From contig OX597821.1 in the NCBI GenBank assembly GCA_951406725.2, forward strand, positions 60,946,001-61,010,000: DNA of 64,000 bases, given 5' to 3'. Under the pieces are notes generated by a model, which did no database searches, was not told the origin of the DNA, and saw nothing but the letters and a program-made list of their open reading frames with translations. The position numbers and the translations under genes are program-made. This DNA is from Octopus vulgaris (taxonomy: Eukaryota). Positions 54,147 to 64,000 of this stretch are shown here, one piece after another. Positions within the stretch are counted from its first letter, which is position 1; each line of letters opens with the position of its first letter.

Positions 54147-57126
54147 GTGATTTGTTTTAGGCCATGGATTTAGGGTACGTCTACTGCGTGAACAGAATCA
54201 CTGGCACGTTGGATGTCCGATATCTTACTGACTTGGTCATGTATAGCTTTCAAAAGCATCGATGACAAGTCTTCTCACTACATATTTTAGGCTTACTGTG
54301 TAGAAGCAATATTTTATATGTAGGAATTTGTTTCTAAAGTGTTTTGATAATGTCTATGAAGCGATACTGATATATTTATTATTATTCCTCGAGTCGTTGA
54401 TAAGTTTATTGGCAATGTGTCAGAAATGCCCACTGAATAATAAGTGGCGTAATGCAAAGCTTCTTGGCTTGGAATGTTATCAATATCGCAAGGTCTAATT
54501 CACAGAAGAACAACTATTGCTTTCCGTACAAATCCATTGTAATATTATTTCAAGAAATATATATTTACATAAAGAAACAGGCCTGCGGCACATGCATTTA
54601 AACATTTATCGAATAATTTGTTTAATCCCAACGAAAACATACAACAGGCTGTAAATACGTCAAACTAGATTTAACATGAAATACATGAACGTTTGTTGGT
54701 AAAATCAGTAAACTTCTATTGTGTATAACTTTCACTCTCTGCATGAACAGTAATGGATGTGTGGAACAGTATATGATTGAAATGCACTAATACATAATAT
54801 TTGTGATAATCGTAATTCTTTTATATGAATATAGCTACGCCAACTAATATTTAACTAATTTATAGAACTCAGACGCTAATACTATACTCGAAATGTTGAA
54901 CAATTCCTGATAAGTGAATCATTAAGTAACTGTTTTATATATTTATAACTATTCAGTTGCTTTTCACTAGAATTTATTGCCGATTGAATACGTTTTATTG
55001 CATCTAATTTAGTGTAGTAGGTCACAAGTCTTAGTCATTCAATCTTGTGTATTTTATGAACCAAAACATCATATTAGATCTGTTTAATTTCTGTGACAGG
55101 CGGAATTAATGTTGTTATAATGAAAGGCTAAGATGTTAGTAGCTTAGTTTCAGAGCGTGAACAATTAAATATTATAATGAAAAGAATATATAGTATATAC
55201 TCTAAAATAAAATACCATCTAAAGCAAAGCATTCTCCTGGAGAACGAAAGACTGAAGAAAAATTCCTAAGGAATTATATCTCACCTATTTTTGAAGCTGT
55301 AAAATTAGAATATGTACATTCCATATACATAGCACATGTACATGCTATATACATGCTATATAGCATATTTACATGCTATATACATGTACATATTGCACAC
55401 ATACATGTTTATATCCACACGCTTACAAAACACCTAGTTTTTTGTAAGCCACCCCACCGCATTCCACTTTCTGTCTCTTATTCTTTTCGGTCCAGTTACT
55501 TCAAAATCCCAGCCATAAGAAGGAGATCAGCCTTTTTCTATTTTCTATTTTTATTAACCTGTAAATTGTAAATCTTCAACAGTTCTTTTCCTTTTATATT
55601 TCGTTGTACATCCAAAAATTTTGCTGGCCGTTGGCGTTCAGGATTTCTTTACAAAAACCTGCAATCACTCCGTGTGATGGAGTAATAAGATCCTGACTTT
55701 TCTTATTTCAGTCTGGTTATTCACCTTGTAGAATCAATTTACCTTGCGTCCTAATTTCCATTTAGATCATAGAAAGGGACGGTCGACTTACTATTCTCTT
55801 TGGGAAAAATCGGAGACAATGCTCGGTAGAAAAACCAACAACCGTACTTTATTTTTATGGCGCCTTCCAAGATTTTCGACGCAATAAAAGGAAAGTAGTA
55901 CAGGAAATCAGGGTACCTGAAAAATATTATTTCCTTTCACAAGATATTCTTGTTATAGTTTGTTCAGGCATAAAATCTTCTGAATCCTAAGCAAGGTTAT
56001 GTCTTGTTTTCTGTATTGTTTGCTCTTTATTGTGTCACTGTTATCTTTGGCTGTATTTTCAAAGACTTGATTAAGGCAATAAGATTTATATTTTGTAAAG
56101 CGGAGGTTTATTTAATCACCCTGATTCAAAGTCATTCTTCTGTTTAAGGCAAATTGTTTTTGCTATTTACTATTTACTGATGATACAGCACTTATGGACA
56201 TTGTCGTTTGATGATGCTCAATTGATTGTGAAATGTTTCTTGTATGTCGCTGAAACCTTTGATCGCACCATGAACTATAGAAGAAAACGAACATAATTCA
56301 CCAACAAAAACCAGTCCCTAAGATAATGAAAGAGCTAAAAATCACTCGTCCGTTTGTAATTTTCTTACAAACCACATACAAGTGGATGGCCAAGATACAA
56401 AATAAGCAAAATCTTTACTTTATTTCAGTAGAATAAAGAATACATGAGCTGCTCTTTCAGATGAAATAAAAATAAGTTATCAAAAGCAACTGCCTCTTAT
56501 GGTCACTTGCAGAACATTTTCTGGAACAAAAGTGAAGGAAATGATAGAATTACATTTAGTATTTTCTTTAACTTTATTATTCGGTTCATTTGAATCCGTC
56601 ACAATGAATACACAATGTATATAATGCATTATGTCAGATAACCATGTTGTTTTCCATGTAAACCATGGCTTGAGCAGGAAAATCCATAATCATCCCACAA
56701 AATCGGGTATATAGAGTACCAATATGGTAATACTAAGAGTAGAAAGTCTAAGTATACATGGATTCGAGTAACCATGGATGGAAGTGCAAGGCCATATGAT
56801 CAACAACTTTAGGTGACGATCTGAAACACGTACACACTTCCACCCATTCTCTATGCCTACGAGGTGAGGACAGCTCATCCTTTTTTGATCTGTATCGAGT
56901 AATACAAACAAAAGAAGAGCGGTCCCGTTCATCCTGTCGTCGTTCTTCTTATTTATTGATACTGTTGATGTTGTCCTTCTTGTTTTTACTGTTCCGGTAG
57001 TTAAATTATAATGTCACTTCGTTTGTATATTCACGTGCGATCCTACAAACTTCGTATATACTATACAGAACATTCCTTCGAACTTCCTATAAGTATATTG
57101 TTGATTTCCCTTATTAGCGTCACTTA

Positions 57127-57569
57127 GGCGATGAGATGGCAGAATCATGAGCACACCGAACAAAATGCTTAGCGGCATGTCATCCGTCCTTACGTTCTGA
57201 GTTCAAATTCCGCCGATGTCGACTTTGCCTTTCATCATTTCGTGGTTGATAAAACAAATACCACTTATGCACTGGAATCGATATAATCGACTGCCTTCTC
57301 TCTAACAATTTTAGGTTTTGTGCCTATAGTAGAAAAAATTATTAGCCTCACTAAGGCGATGAGATGGCAGAATTGTTGGCACTCTGGACAAGCCGTTTTA
57401 CAGCATTTCGTCCGTCTTTATGTTCTGAGTTCAAATTCCGCCGAAGTCGACTCTACCTTTCATCCTTTCGGGAGCGATAAAATAAGTACCAGTCAAATAT
57501 TTGGGTCTGTGCAATTGACTCCCCACCCCTTCAAACACTGCTGTGTTTGTGCTAAAATTCAAACCAATA
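57127..57569 (+). mobile_element. Two SINE family 1 copies head to tail, delimited by three copies of a 14-bp site
   Basis: GGCGATGAGATGGCAGAAT heads at 57127 and 57355; ATTAGCGTCACTTA at 57113 and 57570, variant ATTAGCCTCACTAA at 57341. Confidence 0.85.
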
Positions 57570-59119
57570 ATTAGCGTCACTTAATTCCATTTATACACGC
57601 ACACGAACACACACATACGACGCACGGACACACAAGCACATATACATACGTACGTCGATAACTTGTGAAATGATCAGAATATGCTTGTTTCCATTTTCAC
57701 AAGGTATAATTGATGTATTTTGTCGGTATTGGGGTTTCTTTGATTGTGTAACATCCATTGTTATCAAGAGTATTGTATAATATACAAGAAAAATTCTGTT
57801 CGGTAATTTATCAGTCTCTTTTAAGCTTTGTTTTCCTTTTTTCTGTCCTTTATAATATCCCGGTTCAGCAGCAATTGCTCTTTAAATCCATGCATACTTT
57901 CCCAGCAACTTTTATGTTCTTCTACCATTATGCACTTATCTGCAGGTTATAACAAAGCCTTTCTAGTATGAGCGTATAATGTTATTTTTTTTTATCTTGT
58001 TATAAAATAAATTATAGACCAGTAAGGTTTAGAGACCCGCTTAAGTTATTGTTTGTGAGAATTAATATTGATTTCCCATTCATCAGACATGGCAATGTTA
58101 TTTCTCGTCTTTTAAAAAATTTTATAGAACATTTTTACTCGGGTCTATAAAATAGGTACCAGATAAGCATTGAGGTCGATGTACCACATTCCCGAGCTTG
58201 CTGGCCTTGTGCCAAAATTTGAAACCAATATTTTCCTCATTATATTTTTAACATTTAATACACATTACTACTGAACGATCACGTGCAAATTAAGTGTACA
58301 GTATCGTCATTTTGAAATGTAGAACTGTGTCTTGATTTTAAACTAGTTCAGCGTTATTCTCTGCTATTATTCTAAGGCTTCGTTTGAGCCATAGAGTATG
58401 AGAAATGTCGGTTGTTCTGTTTTACTCAAAGGTGATTGTGCTTCGTATGTACTGTATGATATTCATGCCAAACATTACACCGAAAAAAAAATTGAGAACC
58501 ATCTGTTACTTATATGGATTTATTTTAATTACTTTGGATTTCTGTCTTTTTTAATTTTATACGCTTTTTAACATTTCAACTAAAACGCTATACGTTATTG
58601 ATTCTGTAATGCATTTAGTGTCATTTTTATTAGTTTTCTATTAATTTGTTCAAACCTATTTTATTAGTTTTAATCGAAAAAAATCTCGCAAATACTTATT
58701 GCCCTGAGGTTGTTTATTTGTACAGGATATACATTTTTGCATTAGTTTTTTTTTTTGTTTTAAATTAAGAGTGAATACACACAGTGAAAACATTTTATTT
58801 AATTTTAATATTTATCATAATACCAATTTGTAAACTTGATATTTTTAAAGCAAATTTTATAAATTAATACATGTTTATAGCTAAAATTTATCTCTTTGAA
58901 CGTAGAATATTTTATTTCGACATTAGATCGAAATACTTAACAAGTTTAGTTTTTATAGCTTTTGCCTAACAATTCCTGTTACGAGCATGTTAGTTCTGAA
59001 ATGCAAGGAATTTTATATTCATTGTTTTTGTCTTTCAGAACATTTCAGTCGTTCAAATGTATGTTAAACTTCCTCCAATACAGTGACGATCTGTTTTTCA
59101 ACTAACTTTTAAAATTCAA

Positions 59120-59480
59120 CTGAGAGATACCTGCCTCGGCTGATAAGAAGGCCAAGGCAACTATAATCAAGAAATGGATCAAAATGTCAAGAATTTGATA
59201 GACATCACAATCCCATCTGAACAAGACATTTCTGGGAAGGATGTAAACCTTTTCTGAAAGCAGGTGAAGAAAACGTCAACGTACAAGAAACTTAAAATTG
59301 AAATATGTAGGATGTGACGTAGGGACGTAAAAAACGTTGCCAGAATAATTGGGGCGCTATATATTATGAAACAAATTTCAAGAATTATAGGCGAAAACCG
59401 TACCAGGGATCACAACCTTACATGCAATCCAAACAACAGCCTTGCTAAATATCGCATATATCCCCAACATATGCTTACAG
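59120..59480 (+). mobile_element. Old R4/Dong-like LINE endonuclease remnant
   Basis: Decayed LIDITIP, IIGAL and IQTTAL motifs. Confidence 0.5.
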
Positions 59481-59770
59481 TTCGTTAGTACTACACATCG
59501 ATCTACATAACAGCTTTATATAATATCACAACTTATACAACACATAATCAACGGAAACACCAACAAATAATACAACACAATGCCTAATTCTAAATAAAAA
59601 ATAGTCGTTCCTATAATTTCAATGACTCATGCACGACACAATCACCGATCACCACTAATACACATCTGTTATATGAAGCGGTTGGAAAGTAGTTATTCAA
59701 GCTTCTCACACTTTATGCCAAGTTTCAAAGCAAACTATGTTTACTGAGAAGAAATACATTTTTCTTTCTA

Positions 59771-60283
59771 TTGGGTTGTCCGGAAAGTTCGTGCCGATTT
59801 TTGAAGGAAAGAAAAAGGCCAATAAATACTTGCTATTACATTTTTAATCAACCAAATATGAACTATTTTGGTGCACAATGAGTCTCCATCTTTCCTTTAA
59901 CTTGAAAATACCCTCTCCCCAGAAGTGAGGTGGTTTCCTGGCAAAGAATGCATCAAGGTATCTTTTTATATCATCGAAGGAATTGAAATTTTTACCATTA
60001 AGACTATTCTGCAGAGACATGAATAAGTGGAAATCGGAAGGAGCAATATCAGGTGAATATGGAGGGTTGGGTAACACATCTCAGCCGAGCTGCAGCAATT
60101 TTTGTCTGCTTCCCAATGCATCAAGTGCCGAAAATGAACTTTCTTATCTTCCATTTTAAAGGGTTACAGATTTAACACAGGTTATAGGGTGTAGTCAAAT
60201 CCTATTTTATGGACTCAACATGTTCTAAAATAAGTCGAAACTTAAGCTGCTATAAATCGGCACGAACTTTCCGGACAACCCAA
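59771..60283 (-). mobile_element. mariner (DD34D) internal-deletion derivative
   Basis: Perfect 30-bp TIRs TTGGGTTGTCCGGAAAGTTCGTGCCGATTT with TA TSD; N-terminal MEDKKVHFRHLM joined to the C-terminal PPYSPDIAPSDFHLF segment. Confidence 0.95.
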
Positions 60284-60843
60284 TAGATTAAATGACAACC
60301 AAAAGCTCATGTAAGAAGTATTATAACACGAGCCGATAGGAAACCTTACTTAGCGTTATGTGTAATTGATGACGTTGCTAAAAGAGACCTTGCATGAATT
60401 GGAACTCCCAAACTTTTGTCAACATCAGAAATTTGGGAGAAATTAGGGCTCTATACTACAAGTTTGCTTTAAGACCAGAAACGATAGCAGTATGGAAAAT
60501 CATACTAAGTTATCAGGTTCCTTACCAGAATGCTGCAGCGATATTAGGGCGGAATTTGGACTGTAAACAAAAAATGCAACCACGGTCATGAAGATATTAA
60601 CAGCGACATCGCCCACACAGTTGTCAAAAACAGAATTATGTTATCCAGGAATATTCCGTGATTATAACCTGTCTGTAATGTTTTTCGTTCTGGCAGTGAA
60701 CGCGTTGTTAATTCTGTTGACGAAACGTGAAGGCTACAGTTGGGAAGCATGTGGCTAATGTATTTAGATGCATACAAAGCTAAAAATTAATGTTTCTCTT
60801 TCTGACTTTTGTAACGTCTTTTCTTTCGTTTTTTGAATATATA

Positions 60844-61718
60844 CAGGGTGCGGTGAATAAACTGTCGTCTAAATTACTTAAAAATGAAAATAATACTGAC
60901 ATCTCATTTTAACAGATATATTTACCAAAATTACATAAAAATGTCTTGAAATACTGAAGAGTAAATTCCTTCAATAAAATCGCCATAGGCTTCAACCACA
61001 GCCTCCAGACAACTTCGGAATCTCCTGCAACTCTTCTGAAAGGTCTCCTTGTTTCAGTTGGTGAATACTGCCATAATCCTTGCCTTCAGTTCATCTTTGG
61101 TGTTACAAGGAGTCTTGTTGGTCTTTTGCACAACTGCGCCCCACAAATAATAATGAAGGGGGTTGCAGTCTGGGTAGTTAGGTGACCAGATGTTAGGGGT
61201 GATGTGATTGCAAAAATTGCCTGACAGCCATGACTGGGTTCTCCTGCTTGTGTGGCATGGTGCAGAGACCTGTTGCCAGACACAGAGTCTTCCAGCAGCC
61301 ACCCTCTTGACCCAGGCCAGCACTACCTCCTCCAGGGACTTGATGTAGGCCTCTGTGTTGAGTCTGAGTCCATGTGGGAAGATGAATGGAGGCATAAAGA
61401 CGCCATCACTAGTAACCATTCCAAATACCACGATGTTGACTGGATGTATGATTTTTATCATTCTCGATACATGTCGTCAGATTGCACTGGCCACAGATTG
61501 ACACCCAGACACTCTGAAATATTCCTACTGGAGCTTCTGGCGCAAATGTTATGCAGTGCAGGACGCCGTTTCCAAATTGCGTCATGGTGCTTTTTTCTCA
61601 TAAACAGATGGTGCCCAACTGACCCTTCTATACTGTGTGGTCGACAAACACAAAACAAACAACGCGCATGCGCAAAATTAAAAGTATAAAATGGCGACAA
61701 TTTACCCATCGCAGCTTG
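60844..61718 (-). mobile_element. maT/DD37D-like Tc1-mariner element, internally deleted
   Basis: TA-flanked imperfect TIRs CAGGGTGCGGTGAATAAACTGTCG / CGACAATTTACCCATCGCAGCTTG; WQQVSAPCHTS and WSPNYPDCNPLHYYLWG (compare WPPNSPDLNPLDY). Confidence 0.85.
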
Positions 61719-61745
61719 TATATATTTATCTAGGTGTATAGAATT

Positions 61746-61969
61746 ATATATCCATTACAGCCGATCTTACCAATCGGTTTCGCATATGGGGTTCCACAGA
61801 GTGTTTGGTAGCAGTCCGATTATGTAACCCTGAGCTCATCACAGGTAGTTGTTATAGAATGAAATATGACGACTGATGAGCACAGGGTTACATGATCAGA
61901 CACTTACCTGACACTCCAATGAATCCCTAGTGCGAAACCGTTTGGTAAGAACGGCCGTAATGGATATAT
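61746..61969. repeat. ~225-bp fold-back inverted repeat of HHR-bearing arms
   Basis: ATATATCCATTACAGCCGATCTTACCAATCGGTTTCGCA ... TGCGAAACCGTTTGGTAAGAACGGCCGTAATGGATATAT, plus inner pairing TGTAACCCTGAGCTCATC / GATGAGCACAGGGTTACA. Confidence 0.9.
61873..61947 (+). ncRNA. Hammerhead core (family E) with long stem II; stem I 5' strand lost at the inversion junction
   Basis: CUGAUGA-GCACAGGG...CCCUAGUGC-GAA-ACC(GUUU)GGU-A; the mirror copy on the minus strand has GUGAUGA. Confidence 0.65.
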
Positions 61970-62172
61970 GATACAGTACGCTTTGATTAATACATCCACT
62001 CTACTGACAGATATATGAGTATATTTTTCCTAATTTATGAACTCTTAGACATACACACACATACACGCACGCACACGCACAAACACACACACAGATATAT
62101 ATATGCTTTACTACTGAAGGATCTGATTCAGTTGGATCCTGAGCATATATATGTATATACATGTATAACGTA

Positions 62173-62477
62173 CTAGCAGTATCGCCCGGCGTTGCTCGGG
62201 TTTGTAAGGGAAATAACTATATAAGCATTTTTAGAGAGTTATTTCCCTTATATAACCCGAGCAAAAATCATTCAAAAGGCGGAAAAATGATGGTAAATTT
62301 GTTTTAAAATCGTAGACTCATCGTAGACGAGCGCTAATACCCAGAAGAGCTCGATATGAATGACGACTATAAGATACCCGCTTTTGGTTTAACTGCATCG
62401 CAAAATGTGGGAGTAGTTAGGAATCTAAATCGGAGGAGACAGGGTCTCACACACAACTTCAATTTTATATATAAAGA
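62173..62477 (-). mobile_element. Complete non-autonomous Helitron (305 bp)
   Basis: Minus strand begins A|TCTTTATATATAAAA and ends with hairpin CCCGAGCAACGCCGGG ... CTAG|T; inserted in AT without TSD. Confidence 0.88.
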
Positions 62478-62639
62478 TTATGAGAAACGTCATTTGTGAC
62501 CCACGAGGAAATGTACTAGTTAATATCAGTAAGCATTTTACCTGTCAACATACCTTATTAATTTAAAAATCTATTTCAAAACAAGGAGTTGCTCTGTTAC
62601 TGTTTCTCCCTCTCTATTTGTATATATATCTATTTTATT

Positions 62640-62830
62640 CTTTTTCTTGTTTCAGTCATTTGAATGTGGCCGTGATGGAGCACCGCCTGCAGTCGAGCAA
62701 ATCGACATCATGACTTATTCTTTGCGAGCCTAGTACTTATTCTATCGGGATCTATTGCCGAACCACTAAATTACGGGGATGTAAACACACCAGCATCGAT
62801 TGTCAAGCGATGTTGGGGGCAAACACAGAC
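62640..62830 (-). mobile_element. SINE family 2 3' half
   Basis: CTTGTTTCAGTCATTTGA...GTAAACACACCAGCATCG. Confidence 0.85.
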
Positions 62831-62833
62831 ACA

Positions 62834-62911
<78 letters not shown>

Positions 62912-63110
62912 GCGCACATCAATAGCAAGGTCATCAGAGAGAAGTCCAGCGTGAGGGATGTCATCGTAGAATATACACGCAGCAAGTTTAGATGGCCTCC
63001 ACGACGGTGGAGTTACGATTTCAGAGGGGCGATTGGGACCACGTGGATGAGAAAAGCGCGATCCAGAGGGGAGTAGACAGCGTACTGTGACCAACGGTGT
63101 CCTTCTCTTC
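62912..63110 (+). mobile_element. RTE-clade LINE 3' fragment with internal deletion
   Basis: IREKSSVRDVIVEYTRSKFRW/PPRRWSYDF...TWMRKARSR resembles RTE C-termini. Confidence 0.6.
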
Positions 63111-63572
63111 CAGATTGTGAAAGCTTACCAAAAAATTTGATCAAAATATAGTAAAATCTTAAGACTTCTTTTTTATAGGCGTAGGAGTGACTGTGTGGTA
63201 AGTAGCTTGCTTACGAACCTCATGCTTCCGGGTCTGAAATAGTGAATGCCATTAATAAAAATACTTACTCAGGACATTAGTATTTGAAAAGTTCCCCAAC
63301 GAAAACGCAAACACACAAACTCTCACACACAATAGTTTTGAATCTTTGAGTGTCAAAACTATTTTAAAATGTTGCAAGGCGCAACGAAAATTTATGAAAA
63401 TAAAAATAAGAACAAACGTGAAAAATTTACCGGTGAGTGTGTTACATTATAAAGCACAAAAAGAAAATGACTTTCCCCAGACACAACAGAATATGCTTCA
63501 ACACACGAACTCATATAAAGAATCTTGCAAACCTAATCCAAAAACGAAATATACATACATAAATATCTATAA

Positions 63573-63621
<49 letters not shown>

Positions 63622-63739
63622 CATGCATATATGTATATATACGAATACATATATTTGATTGACCAAATACACAACGAACGTTGTGAAAGTGAACGTGCTT
63701 TACTAGTGAGCTATCTGGTATAAACTCTACGTTTTATAA

Positions 63740-64000
63740 TCTAATATGTAATATATATATATATATTATAAAAGTCAGTGTCTGTGTGTTTGTGTGTTAC
63801 CTATACTTATTGACTCGAAAAATACTGGAGCGATCGTAATGAAATTTGTAACACAAAATCCAACCCTAGGGAGATGGGTAATGCCGTATGCTTCATACAA
63901 TTTTGAAGGGGCATAAAGGGGGTGGGCAGAACCCCACTTGAACATTCATATGCTTCGGAACTTGAAGAAATTTGAAGCATTGGTATTAGAAACAAATTTA
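63740..64000 (+). mobile_element. Probable non-autonomous Helitron 5' end running off the window
   Basis: A|TCTAATA...TATAAAAG, GT microsatellite, ACTGGAGCGATCGTAATGAAATTTG core. Confidence 0.55.

Overview
AT-rich, microsatellite-laden eukaryotic DNA. The repeat families resemble those of octopus (inference from the tRNA-derived SINE families and the microsatellite density). No intact host protein-coding gene is recognisable, and nearly all listed ORFs are microsatellite or antisense artefacts. Two splice-site-bounded segments (1247-1347 and ~10159-10370, minus strand) may be the 5' exons of a gene running off the left edge. The window is mostly decayed mobile elements: a near full-length frameshifted R4/Dong-like LINE in (TAA)n (22095-26230), a Penelope-like RT/GIY-YIG relic, HERO-, CR1-, Tx1- and RTE-like fragments, Tc1, mariner and maT-like transposons with MITEs, Helitron/Helentron-type elements and many SINEs. 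The most interesting signal is a set of type I hammerhead-ribozyme (HHR) motifs at about nine sites from roughly six unrelated short non-coding families. These include a core-intact HHR whose predicted cleavage site matches the boundary of an inverted segment (49419-50012), an inverted double-HHR cassette with a 12-bp target duplication and a tRNA B-box (44192-44607), and two long fold-back palindromes built from HHR-bearing arms. All calls were made by eye, so repeat boundaries are approximate.
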